A stretch of 38,909 bases of DNA from a bacterium (GTDB lineage Bacteria; JALSQH01): assembly GCA_026985515.1 (NCBI GenBank), contig JALSQH010000118.1, positions 1 through 38,909 of the forward strand. The letters are read 5' to 3'. The notes under the pieces were generated by a model. That model did no database searches and was not told where the DNA came from. It saw only the letters and a list, made by a program, of their open reading frames with translations. Made by a program: the position numbers and the translations under genes. This document shows positions 28,683 through 37,500 of this stretch, in pieces. Numbering within the stretch: the stretch's first letter is position 1; the number at the start of each line of letters is the position of its first letter.

Positions 28683-30923
28683 ATGGCTTTACCCATCCGA
28701 ATTGAAGATATTAAGGAGAAAGTTGAGGAAATAATTCCCTACGAGGATCTTCTCCTCATTGACAAGGCTTATACCATTGCCTATGCTGCGCACAGGGAAC
28801 AGCTGAGAAAGGATGGTTCTTATTACATCGTCCATCCCCTTTATGTGGCGGATATTCTGGCAGATATGAAGATGGACGCAATTACAATTGCGGCGGGCCT
28901 GCTTCATGATGTAATTGAAGATACCGAAGTGACGGAAGAGGATCTTTACAGACTTATCAGTGAGCTGGATGAAAATGAAAAACACTGCAAGAAGGTGGAT
29001 CCTTCTGAACTCGAAGAGAGGAGAAGGGAACAGGCAGCTGATATAGTTAAACTTGTTAAAGGCGTAAGCCATCTTCCCAATGTTAAATCAAGGAGCTATT
29101 TTCATAAAAGGTCGATTCAGGTGAGAGATGTGATTCTTGCAGCTCAGGAGGATCCCAGAATTGTTTTCATCAAGCTGGCAGATAGATTGCACAATATGAG
29201 AACTCTTCAATATATGGATCCCGAGAAACAGAAAATTATTGCTGAGGAAACATTGAATATTTATGCTCCAATGGCTCATCTTTATGGTCTTTACCACATG
29301 AGGAACGAACTGGAGGATCTCAGTTTCAAATATCTTTATCCTGAAAATTATGCGAAATTAAAAAAAGTGCTGCAGGAGTATGAAGCTGAAAGAATGCCCA
29401 TAATGGAGCAGGCGAGGGAAATTCTTCAGGAGGAACTTAAGAAGAAAGGGGTAAAAGCTACAGTAACAAGCCGTATAAAACATCTCTACGGAATCTACAC
29501 AAAGCTTATAAGAAGAGGAATAAATATTGAAAATGCCAGGGATGTGCATGATATTATAGGCCTGAGAGTTATTGTTGACGACGAGGATACCATCTACAAT
29601 GCATATTCCATTGTTTCAAAGTTGTGGAAAGTCGTTGAGACGAAGGATTATGTAAGCAATCCAAAACCAAATGGTTACAGGTCTTTTCATGTTATAGTTA
29701 TTGGTCCTGAAGGTAAAAAAATGGAGGTACAGATCAGAACATGGGAAATGCACGAATTTGCGGAGTATGGTTTTGCTGCCCACTGGGCCTATAAGATGAG
29801 GGGGCATAAAATACCCAGGGATGAGCTTCAGAAGATCAACCAGATAAGAAAAATCATAGATGAAGCAAGGGAAGATAATGATGACCCGCTTTCCTTCAGG
29901 GAGAGAATAGAAGAGGAGCTTAAAAAATACCAGAATTTTATCAGGGTTTTTACTCCCAAAGGTGATCAGATAACACTGCCACCTGGTTCAACTCCCATAG
30001 ATTTTGCTTATGCCATTCATACTGAGATAGGGAACCACTGTAAGGGTGCGAAAGTTGACGGTGCCATCAAACCTCTGAACTATATTTTGAAAAATGGTGA
30101 AACTGTTGAAATTCTTACTGATAAAAACAGAATGCCTTCTTATGAATGGTTGAAATTTGCGAAAACAAGGAAGGCAAGAAACAGAATCAGGAAAGCTCTT
30201 TTTGATCAGGAAGCACGGGAGTATGAGGATATTGGAAGGAGTCTGCTCAAAACTGTTTTGAAGAATTATGATATTCCTTATAAAAAGTTCGTAAACAGTG
30301 AGGAATTCAGAGAGTTCCTACGCAGGGAAAAAATCGATGATCTTGAGAGTTTTCTGATCCTCTTCGGGAGGGGAAATCTGAGAGAGAGTCATATTAAAAA
30401 AATTCTCGAAACTCTTTTACCCGATAAGAAAAAGAGTAAAAAAGGAAAGGGAAGAAATTCAGAAGGAAGAAAGTCTTCTGTGGTTATTGATGGTTTTGAA
30501 AGTCTTCCCTACAGGTTTTGTAAAACATGTAATCCCCAGTTTGGTGATGTAATTGTGGGGTATGTGAGCAGAAGTAAGAGAACAATAACTGTTCACAGGA
30601 TTGATTGTCCGGACCTGAAGAACCTGGATTCCTCAAGGATGATAATTGTAAACTGGGATGAGGACAGGGAGTCAATCGGTGAAAAGGAAGTGAGGCTTAT
30701 AGTAGAAGTTGAGGATAGGCCTGGAGTTTTAAAAGAAATCTCAACCGTTACAGAGGAAAAGGGGGTTAATATAAAGGCTTTGACTTTCAGCCCGGGAGGA
30801 GAAGGTAAGAGTATTGGATTTCTGAGCGTTCAGGTACCCGACCTCAGAACTGCACATGAACTGATCGACTCAATTGCCCGTCTCAAAAGTGTTTCAGCTG
30901 TGAGAGATTCCTCAATAAAATGA
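28683..30923 (+). CDS. rel: Bifunctional (p)ppGpp synthetase/hydrolase (RelA/SpoT homolog)
   Basis: The HD hydrolase domain has HREQLRKDGSYYIVHP, LLHDVIEDT and KLADRLHNMRTL. The synthetase domain has RIKHLYGIYTKL, HDIIGLRVIV, GYRSFHVIV and EVQIRTWEMHEFAEYG. A TGS domain (VFTPKGDQITLPPGSTPIDFAYAIHTEIG) and a C-terminal ACT domain follow. I prefer the ATG at 28683, 5 nt after AAGGAGG. The ORF-track start is the GTG at 28653. Confidence 0.93.
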   Translation: MALPIRIEDIKEKVEEIIPYEDLLLIDKAYTIAYAAHREQLRKDGSYYIVHPLYVADILADMKMDAITIAAGLLHDVIEDTEVTEEDLYRLISELDENEKHCKKVDPSELEERRREQAADIVKLVKGVSHLPNVKSRSYFHKRSIQVRDVILAAQEDPRIVFIKLADRLHNMRTLQYMDPEKQKIIAEETLNIYAPMAHLYGLYHMRNELEDLSFKYLYPENYAKLKKVLQEYEAERMPIMEQAREILQEELKKKGVKATVTSRIKHLYGIYTKLIRRGINIENARDVHDIIGLRVIVDDEDTIYNAYSIVSKLWKVVETKDYVSNPKPNGYRSFHVIVIGPEGKKMEVQIRTWEMHEFAEYGFAAHWAYKMRGHKIPRDELQKINQIRKIIDEAREDNDDPLSFRERIEEELKKYQNFIRVFTPKGDQITLPPGSTPIDFAYAIHTEIGNHCKGAKVDGAIKPLNYILKNGETVEILTDKNRMPSYEWLKFAKTRKARNRIRKALFDQEAREYEDIGRSLLKTVLKNYDIPYKKFVNSEEFREFLRREKIDDLESFLILFGRGNLRESHIKKILETLLPDKKKSKKGKGRNSEGRKSSVVIDGFESLPYRFCKTCNPQFGDVIVGYVSRSKRTITVHRIDCPDLKNLDSSRMIIVNWDEDRESIGEKEVRLIVEVEDRPGVLKEISTVTEEKGVNIKALTFSPGGEGKSIGFLSVQVPDLRTAHELIDSIARLKSVSAVRDSSIK

Positions 30924-30935
30924 GCTGGAAGAGAT

Positions 30936-31124
30936 TTAAACTTTGACAACTTTGCCAGCCTTAAGGCAGCTGGTACAAACATAAACCCTTTTGGGTTTAC
31001 CATCAACAAGGATACGAACTTTATGTAAATTTGGATACCAGACAGTTTTTGTACGATTGTGTGCGTGGCTCACATTGTATCCCCTCTGGGGACCTTTTCC
31101 ACAAACGTAACATCTCCTTGCCAT
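30936..31124 (-). CDS. rpmB: 50S ribosomal protein L28
   Basis: [33 protein letters not shown]...[11 protein letters not shown] is the canonical L28 sequence, here with the zinc-binding Cys pairs. Confidence 0.95.
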   Translation of the reverse strand: MARRCYVCGKGPQRGYNVSHAHNRTKTVWYPNLHKVRILVDGKPKRVYVCTSCLKAGKVVKV

Positions 31125-31156
31125 CTTACACTCCTTTGAGGTCCAGTTTTCAGCAT

Positions 31157-31184
31157 ATTATACCGGTTACCTTTTTGTTGTCAA
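31157..31184 (-). promoter_or_regulatory. Consensus sigma-70 promoter of rpmB
   Basis: On the minus strand: TTGACA (31184-31179), a 16-nt spacer, then TATAAT (31162-31157). A leader of about 25 nt with an AAAGGAG Shine-Dalgarno sequence precedes the ATG at 31124. Confidence 0.6.
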
Positions 31185-31317
31185 ACGGGGAAAGATGAAG
31201 ATAATTACCCTGATAATGAAAATCTTTCTCTATGAGTGAAAATTTTTCATTCTCATTGTTTACCTTTTTTCCCATTTCCAGTCATAAATGTAGTGTTTTT
31301 CAGTGGCTTGTTTTATT

Positions 31318-31333
31318 TGGCATGAAAGTTGCA
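31318..31333 (+). promoter_or_regulatory. Sigma-54 (-24/-12) promoter upstream of the giant lipoprotein gene
   Basis: TGGCAT-GAAAG-TTGCA compared with the consensus TGGCAC-N5-TTGCA. The GG-to-GC spacing is exact. The predicted transcription start is near 31344. An AAAGGGGGA Shine-Dalgarno sequence precedes the ATG at 31365. Confidence 0.55.
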
Positions 31334-31364
31334 ACTAAATATAAAACACAAAAAGGGGGATTCG

Positions 31365-34300
31365 ATGTCGAAGGTAGGGAGCTTTTTTGTTGCAATTCTT
31401 CTTGCATTCAGTATTGTTCTTTCATCATGCGGAAAACCTGAGGATGTAACGAAGCCCACTGTAAAGATTCTTGTTCCTCAGGAAGGGAAGATCTATTCTC
31501 CCCAGCTTGTCATCAGGGGAATTGCATCTGATAATAATTTGAAGAGGGTATATGTTCAAATTGACAGTGAGCCATGGCAGACTGCTACAGGAAATGTGAG
31601 CTGGATGTTTTTTCCTGGTGTATTGACTGCTGGTTCTCACAGGGTCCAGGTTTATGCAATAGATGGAGCGGGCAACAAGAGTAAGGTTGAGTATGTGGAT
31701 TTTTACATTGATAAGGATCCTCCCACCTTTGTAATTGCTTCTCCCTACGAAGGAGAGGATTTTAATGCTTCCGATGTACAGGTAAGAATTTCCGCCACCG
31801 ATGACCTTGGAGTGAAGACGGTCTATTTTTCTCTCGACGGTCATGATTATTTTCCTGTAGATTATTCATCTTCGCCACTGGAGTATACATTTCATGACCT
31901 TGAAAATGGGGAACATGTTTTGAGTGTTTATGTTGTGGATAAGTCGGGGAAGAAGAGTGCAGTGAAAAGTGTGAGGTTTATCGTTCTTGTTGATCACACT
32001 CCACCAGAGGTGACTATTTTTTCTCCACTGGATGGAAGCTGGTTCAGCGGTGGAAGCATAACAGTCCTTGGTTCTGCCTCCGATGATCTATCTGGTGTTG
32101 ATAGAGTGGAAGTGAAGCTGGACAATGGGGACTGGGAACATGCGCTTGGTACTGATCAGTGGATGATCAATATACCTTACATAAGTGACGGAGTGCATAA
32201 AATTTATGCAAGAAGTATAGACAGGAGATTAAATTTTAGTCAGCCCGTAAGTATAACAATTTACTATGATACTCTTTCTCCCCTGCTCACAGGTGTTTCT
32301 ATCAATGACAACGATGTCATATCTGGTTACAGCTATAATGTTTCACTTTCAGCTGTTGATAATCTCTGGGTAAAGGAAATTGATTACAGAGTTTACTCTG
32401 GAGGAAATGTTTTCAGTGGAACTTATACATATCCATTTCTCACAACAATGGTTACACAGCTGATAAATATTCCTGTTAATGATGGTGTGAATACTCTCCA
32501 GATCGAAGTTCATGACAACACAGGTCACACTGTCTCTAAATCTATTACGTTTTTTGTTGATAACGCAGGACCAGAAATCAACGCCGCTGTGGATGAATGG
32601 TACAATGGTTCCTCAATAACAATTAACGGTTTTGCACAGGACGAATATTCTCCAGTTACAGAAGTGGCTGTTAGCCTTGATCATGGTCCATATCAGATTG
32701 TATTTTCAGGTAATTCTAATCCAGCATCCTGGAGCTTCACTTCAGGTATTGAAAGTGGTGAACACACCCTTGATGTCAGGGCCTTTGATATTTTTGGAAA
32801 CATGAGTGAAAATTCCTATACATTTAAAGTGGATAATACACCTCCTGTGGTTACAATTGGAACACCACAGAATGGTACCTGGTACAGTGGCGGAGATGTT
32901 TTGTTTGCTGGTAGGGCCTCGGATGATTTTTCTGGGGTTAATCATGTTTACATTTCCCTTGATGGCGGCAACACATGGGAGGAAACGACTGGCACTGAAT
33001 CCTGGATGGCTTATTATCCATCGCTTCCCGGTGGTGTTTATCATGTAGAAGTCAAGGCAGTTGACCTGGTTGGCAATGAAAGTTATCCAGCGTATGTAAC
33101 CATTTACTACGATTCCACTCCAACAATTGTCCTTTCATCCAGTATAACCGATGGAGAAACTCTTGGAGTTAGAAAGTATATGATTCCGTTCACTGCCACT
33201 GTTTATGATTCAGTTTCCCTCTACAAAGTTGATCTATATGCCGAGAGTTCAACGGGTGTTGTGTCTTCATACTCATTTACATATCCAGAGTTTGAGACTC
33301 TTGCGACTTTCACTGTTCCTGTAACGATAGGGGCTGGAGACAATGTTGTTCATATTCACACAGTGGACAGATCAGGGAATGAAGATGATGAGTACATAAG
33401 TTTTTATGTGGACTGGTTTGCCCCTGTGATTCAGATTACCAGACAGAATCAGATACCACCCTCAAAAATTATACTGAACGGAACAATTTCAGACTATTCA
33501 CCCGTAACCTTTGCCTCATACAGGTTTGATACTGATAACTGGTCGGTACTCATTGAGAATGGTACCATGAATACCTATTCCTTTGCCCTTACGAAGGACA
33601 ATGTTGGTACTACTGAACATCATCTCTACATCAAAGCCTGGGATCAGTGGGGTAATATGGCTGATTTTGTCTATAACTTCTACTATGATGTGACCGGTCC
33701 AACAGTGTATATAAACTTTCCACCAGAGAATGGTTATATTCTTGGATTAAAGTCTTTTCCTGTTGAGGGAACCGCTGTGGATGTTGGATCTGGGATTTCT
33801 GAGGTTCTCTACTGCATTGATTATCCATGTTATGTAACTCCGCAGGCCAACGGTGGTGGTGATCTTTTTGGTGTATGGAATACTGCTGAAGGTGCTGAGT
33901 CCTGGAAATTTAATGTTTCCTCACTGTCAAAGGGGATTCACTATATCCATGTTTTTGCGATTGACCTGGCAGGAAATTACGGCCAGGCCACCTCTGTTTC
34001 CGTAAATATAGCAGGAGATACAATCTATGTTTCAAGCAGTAACGGAAGCAATTACAACTCTGGTGTAACCACCACCGAACCGCTGAGAACCCTTGATTAT
34101 GCCTATGAATACGCGTTACTGCGAGGATTTACAAATATTAAGATAGCGGCTGGAAACTACGATGTGGCTGATACTTCAGATACTTCCACCTTCAAAGCCG
34201 TTTCCACATTGAAACTTGTTAATGGAATAAATCTCTACGGTGGATATTCAACAGATTTTACCTACTATGATCCTCTGACCTATGCGACACTGGTGAGCAC

Positions 34301-36641
34301 CAGCGGAAAAGGTAGAGTTTTTATGGCTGAGAAGATAACTCAACCCACAGTGATTTCAGGACTATACATTTACAATGGTGATGTTACTCAGGATACATAT
34401 CCCTACGGTGGAGGAATTCTGGTAAAGGATTCAAACTATAATCTCTACATTACCTCCTGTACGATTTTTAGAAACAAAGCGGTCTATGGCGGAGGTGTTG
34501 CCTATGTGAATTCTGTGCCCAATATTGAGTACAGCAGAGTTGCATCTAATGTGGTTTACAGCAAGGGTGGAGGCATGTACCTCACTTTTAATTATCCTCT
34601 TGAAGTAACTTTTAACGGAATGGTGTTTGCATGGAATGAAGCAAAGGAAAAGGATGAAGCGGCGGATGGTGGAGGTGTGTATATAAGTGGAGCCAGCAAT
34701 GTTTTGATTAAAAAGAATACTCTTTTCTACAGGAATCGGGCAGGTAATGGAGGAGGAATCTTTGTTAAAAATTCTGGAAAAGTGGAGATAGCCGGTGCTA
34801 TTTTTACCGGAAATCAGGCTCAGATACAGTTCTGGAGTGATGGATATGGTGGAGGAATGTATGTGAAAGATGTACCTGTTGAGATTAAAGGTGGTGTTTT
34901 CTATGGGAACAGTGCGTATAAAGGTGGAGGCCTCTATTTTGTCACAGAGAATGAAGATACGGATTTGAATGTGGATGGAAGTGCTTCACAGGTAATTGTC
35001 GATTCTAACTCGGCTGATTTTGGTGGTGGTATTTATGTAAAGGGTGGAAGTAGCACTCTGAATCATGTAGTTGTGTCAAGGAATCAGTCAAATTCAACAG
35101 AATATAACTGGATAACTGGTATACCTACCAAATTTGGTGGCGGCGGTGTTTATGTTGATGGAGGAAAAATGAGGATATATTATTCCAGATTCAGAAAAAA
35201 TATTGCACAGGCAACATGTGGTGGAATTGCTGTTTCACAGAGTGTGGTTGAACTTGACCATTCTCTTGTGATTGAAAATTACGCAGATCCTAACAATGGT
35301 ACAGGTGGTGGAGTATGCGTGGGTGGTGATGATGCCCGACTTCTTGTGACCTATTCTTCTGTTGATACTAATGAGAGCAATGCAGGTGGTGGTATGGTTA
35401 TCAAAGACAATTCAAGAGTGTTGATAGAGAATAGCAGTTTGAAGGATAATTATGCAACGTGGGCAGGTGGTGCAATTTTTGCAGGAGATCTTGAAAGTAA
35501 CGGGAGTATTCCACGGGTAAAGGTTGAAAGAAGCATCATAGATGGAAACTGGGGTAATGGTGGCGCTTATGGATTGTGGATAGCAGGTAGCATAACTGAG
35601 TATCGGAATGTAGTATCCAACAACGGTGGTTCGGGGAATGATGGAGGAGCATATTACATCTACACATGGAGCGGTGGCAATATGGTTGTGAATTCTTCCT
35701 ATGTGATTTACAGAGATAACAGTGCAAGTAGAGGAGGAGTCGTAGCTGTTTACAATTATAGCTCATCAAAAGCTATCAATGCCAGATTTGAAAATGATGA
35801 GTTTACAGGAAATGTTGCCAATAGAGGTGGTGTGGTGTATGTGGAGGAAATGGTGACAGGGGACCAGGTAACAATCAACTGGAGTAAGATTCACAACAAT
35901 ACCGCATACGCTACCGGTTCAGTTTTATATGACTTTGCAAATGAGGGTCTCGTAACTATGGTTGACAATGCTGTTTATGATAACACCGGAGATTATATCC
36001 AGCTGACTACCAATTATGATGCTCAGGTTTATCTCCTCAACAATGTTTTTGTTGATCTTTCTGGTAACTATAATCTTCTTGTCCTTGGAAGAGATAGGTG
36101 GAGAAACTCATATGCAGATCCTGTTGTGGTCAATAACCTTTTCAGCGGCGGATATAATCAGGTTGAAATCGGTGATTCAGCAGGGGATACTTCAAGTGGT
36201 TATTATGTGAATAACATCTTTTTCAATCCCGCCAATGATGGTGTGATTGAGAACAATTCCAATACTGAGCCGGAAGTTCTCTTGAACAACGATTTCTACA
36301 ATGCTGGTAACTGTCTCTACGAGGACTACGACAGCTCTCAGGTTCCGCCCAATGTTTGTTACAATACAGCAGCAGGTATAAACTCCAATGTTGATACTCT
36401 GCAGGGTCACAATGAAAATAACATGGATGACGACCCGGCTTTTGCTACTGATGGTGTGCACCTGACTTCTTCTTCCCATCTCATTGATGCCGGTTATGAC
36501 CCTGTGAATGATCCCTATGGCATCTTTGGTTTTGACAATGCATGGCCGGATATTGATGGTCAGCTGAGACCCTACGATGATCCATCTGTTGCCAATGTTG
36601 TTTCTGCCTGGGATATAGGGCCTGATGAGTACAGACCGTAA
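31365..36641 (+). CDS. Giant surface lipoprotein: nine Ig-like domains plus a right-handed beta-helix with Pmp-type repeats
   Basis: MSKVGSFFVAILLAFSIVLSSC is a signal peptide with an L-S-S-C lipobox. Nine ~90-110-aa Ig-like modules follow, then a ~870-aa beta-helix with GGG[IVM] and F..N motifs, and a tail ending WDIGPDEYRP. I prefer the ATG at 31365, which has a Shine-Dalgarno sequence. The ORF-track TTG at 31329 lies inside the sigma-54 -12 element. Confidence 0.85.
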   Translation: MSKVGSFFVAILLAFSIVLSSCGKPEDVTKPTVKILVPQEGKIYSPQLVIRGIASDNNLKRVYVQIDSEPWQTATGNVSWMFFPGVLTAGSHRVQVYAIDGAGNKSKVEYVDFYIDKDPPTFVIASPYEGEDFNASDVQVRISATDDLGVKTVYFSLDGHDYFPVDYSSSPLEYTFHDLENGEHVLSVYVVDKSGKKSAVKSVRFIVLVDHTPPEVTIFSPLDGSWFSGGSITVLGSASDDLSGVDRVEVKLDNGDWEHALGTDQWMINIPYISDGVHKIYARSIDRRLNFSQPVSITIYYDTLSPLLTGVSINDNDVISGYSYNVSLSAVDNLWVKEIDYRVYSGGNVFSGTYTYPFLTTMVTQLINIPVNDGVNTLQIEVHDNTGHTVSKSITFFVDNAGPEINAAVDEWYNGSSITINGFAQDEYSPVTEVAVSLDHGPYQIVFSGNSNPASWSFTSGIESGEHTLDVRAFDIFGNMSENSYTFKVDNTPPVVTIGTPQNGTWYSGGDVLFAGRASDDFSGVNHVYISLDGGNTWEETTGTESWMAYYPSLPGGVYHVEVKAVDLVGNESYPAYVTIYYDSTPTIVLSSSITDGETLGVRKYMIPFTATVYDSVSLYKVDLYAESSTGVVSSYSFTYPEFETLATFTVPVTIGAGDNVVHIHTVDRSGNEDDEYISFYVDWFAPVIQITRQNQIPPSKIILNGTISDYSPVTFASYRFDTDNWSVLIENGTMNTYSFALTKDNVGTTEHHLYIKAWDQWGNMADFVYNFYYDVTGPTVYINFPPENGYILGLKSFPVEGTAVDVGSGISEVLYCIDYPCYVTPQANGGGDLFGVWNTAEGAESWKFNVSSLSKGIHYIHVFAIDLAGNYGQATSVSVNIAGDTIYVSSSNGSNYNSGVTTTEPLRTLDYAYEYALLRGFTNIKIAAGNYDVADTSDTSTFKAVSTLKLVNGINLYGGYSTDFTYYDPLTYATLVSTSGKGRVFMAEKITQPTVISGLYIYNGDVTQDTYPYGGGILVKDSNYNLYITSCTIFRNKAVYGGGVAYVNSVPNIEYSRVASNVVYSKGGGMYLTFNYPLEVTFNGMVFAWNEAKEKDEAADGGGVYISGASNVLIKKNTLFYRNRAGNGGGIFVKNSGKVEIAGAIFTGNQAQIQFWSDGYGGGMYVKDVPVEIKGGVFYGNSAYKGGGLYFVTENEDTDLNVDGSASQVIVDSNSADFGGGIYVKGGSSTLNHVVVSRNQSNSTEYNWITGIPTKFGGGGVYVDGGKMRIYYSRFRKNIAQATCGGIAVSQSVVELDHSLVIENYADPNNGTGGGVCVGGDDARLLVTYSSVDTNESNAGGGMVIKDNSRVLIENSSLKDNYATWAGGAIFAGDLESNGSIPRVKVERSIIDGNWGNGGAYGLWIAGSITEYRNVVSNNGGSGNDGGAYYIYTWSGGNMVVNSSYVIYRDNSASRGGVVAVYNYSSSKAINARFENDEFTGNVANRGGVVYVEEMVTGDQVTINWSKIHNNTAYATGSVLYDFANEGLVTMVDNAVYDNTGDYIQLTTNYDAQVYLLNNVFVDLSGNYNLLVLGRDRWRNSYADPVVVNNLFSGGYNQVEIGDSAGDTSSGYYVNNIFFNPANDGVIENNSNTEPEVLLNNDFYNAGNCLYEDYDSSQVPPNVCYNTAAGINSNVDTLQGHNENNMDDDPAFATDGVHLTSSSHLIDAGYDPVNDPYGIFGFDNAWPDIDGQLRPYDDPSVANVVSAWDIGPDEYRP
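31452..34019 (+). repeat. Array of nine tandem, divergent Ig-like (bacterial Ig / Big-type) protein modules within the giant CDS
   Basis: Each module starts with [KHN][TD]PP.V.I..P..G and contains a ..G.A.D..SGV..V.V..D...W......W pattern. Each ends in G.H...V.A.D..GN.S......I..D. My boundaries by residue in ORF-track numbering are 42-128, 129-222, 223-314, 315-411, 412-502, 503-595, 596-695, 696-787 and 788-897. The repeat is visible at protein level only, with no near-identical DNA repeats. Confidence 0.7.
34350..35490 (+). repeat. Polymorphic-membrane-protein-type (GGA[ILV]/FxxN-like) beta-helix repeats within the giant CDS (approximate bounds)
   Basis: At least 12 successive units follow the pattern [FV]..N.A...GGG[IVM][YFA][IV]. 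Examples: FRNKAVYGGGVAYV, FYRNRAGNGGGIFV, FYGNSAYKGGGLYF, DSNSADFGGGIYV, DTNESNAGGGMVI and KDNYATWAGGAIF. Confidence 0.65.
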
Positions 36642-36672
36642 AAATCGGGGGGTTCAGCCCCCCTTTAATTTT
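36640..36672. terminator. Bidirectional intrinsic terminator shared by the giant gene and the convergent GT2 gene
   Basis: The sequence is AAAAATC-GGGGGG-TTCAG-CCCCCC-TTTAATTTT. The G6/C6 stem is flanked by an A-run and a T-run, so a T-tract follows the hairpin on either strand. The GT2 stop codon (36654-36656) lies in the loop. Confidence 0.7.
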
Positions 36673-37499
36673 ATTCCAGTTTCTCCGGCAATGTTCTGAC
36701 AGAAGTCGATTATTTCACTGTTGTTTTTCTTCAGAGCCCCGTTATAAACTATCCAGCATTTTCTCTGAAGTTCTTTTAGTACGGCGCTTCTTTGAGCATT
36801 GCTCAGGGGGACTGAAAGTAGAAGTTTTTTCAGAGCAATGATTCTGTATCTATCAATTACAGGAGTGGTTCTTGACAATTGATCGGGATGTCCACCTCTT
36901 TTGATGACAAGAGGTTGTGGCAGTAATCCCACAGGATATTTCCATGTGATCCGGAGCCAGAGATCATAATCCTCAGCCGCTTTGAGATCTTCATCAAATA
37001 ATCCCACCTCCTTCAAAAGTTCCCTCTTCAGTATAACTGCTGAGGGACTGATTAAACACAGTTCAAGGGATCTGAAAAAAATATTTCCTCCCTCTTTTTT
37101 ATGTTTTTTTCGTGGGTTAACTCTTTTCCCGTTTCTTATCCATATTTCCTCTGTCTGGGAGATCAGGAGATCTGGATTTTGATTCATGAATTCCACCTGT
37201 TTTTCAAGTTTTTCGGGAAGCCACAGGTCATCAGAATCAAGGAAAGCGAGCAGTTCCCCGTGGGAATTTTTGATTCCAGTATTTCTTGCTGCGGCAACTC
37301 CCTTATTTTCTGGATGCCTTATGTATTTTATTGGGGGGAAGATTTCCTTTATTAGTGGTGTATCATCTGTGGAGCCATCGTCAACTATTATGAGTTCGTA
37401 ATTTTTGTAGGTCTGTCGCAGTACAGATTCGACTGCTTCTTTCAGGAAGTTCAGTCTGTTGTATACAGGTATTATAACTGAGACAAGTGGTTGAGCCAT
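36654..37499 (-). CDS. Glycosyltransferase family 2
   Basis: The sequence is VSVIIPVYNRLNFLKEAVESVLRQTYKNYELIIVDDGSTDDT...FLDSDD (DxD). I prefer the ATG at 37499, which gives MAQPLVSVIIP. It sits directly after the upstream ccdA-like stop at 37501-37503. The ORF-track extension to 37586 overlaps that gene. Confidence 0.88.
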   Translation of the reverse strand: MAQPLVSVIIPVYNRLNFLKEAVESVLRQTYKNYELIIVDDGSTDDTPLIKEIFPPIKYIRHPENKGVAAARNTGIKNSHGELLAFLDSDDLWLPEKLEKQVEFMNQNPDLLISQTEEIWIRNGKRVNPRKKHKKEGGNIFFRSLELCLISPSAVILKRELLKEVGLFDEDLKAAEDYDLWLRITWKYPVGLLPQPLVIKRGGHPDQLSRTTPVIDRYRIIALKKLLLSVPLSNAQRSAVLKELQRKCWIVYNGALKKNNSEIIDFCQNIAGETGIKLKGG

Positions 37500-37500
37500 T

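Noticed and set aside
28956-29033. A ~25-aa acidic/basic insertion (SELDENEKHCKKVDPSELEERRREQ) in the Rel hydrolase domain.
   Set aside because: It lies in a surface loop between conserved HD-domain helices, and all catalytic motifs are intact. It is probably lineage-specific loop variation.
29176-29191. TGGCAG-ATAGA-TTGCA, a sigma-54-like -24/-12 match inside rel.
   Set aside because: These bases encode the near-invariant KLADRLHN motif of the RelA/SpoT HD domain. The match is therefore explained by coding constraint, and there is no downstream gene start for it to serve.
31232-31441. A 69-aa ORF spanning the intergenic region and the start of the giant gene.
   Set aside because: It overlaps the sigma-54 promoter, the Shine-Dalgarno sequence and the signal-peptide coding region in another frame. 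It has no ribosome-binding site and a Cys/Phe-rich nonsense-like sequence.
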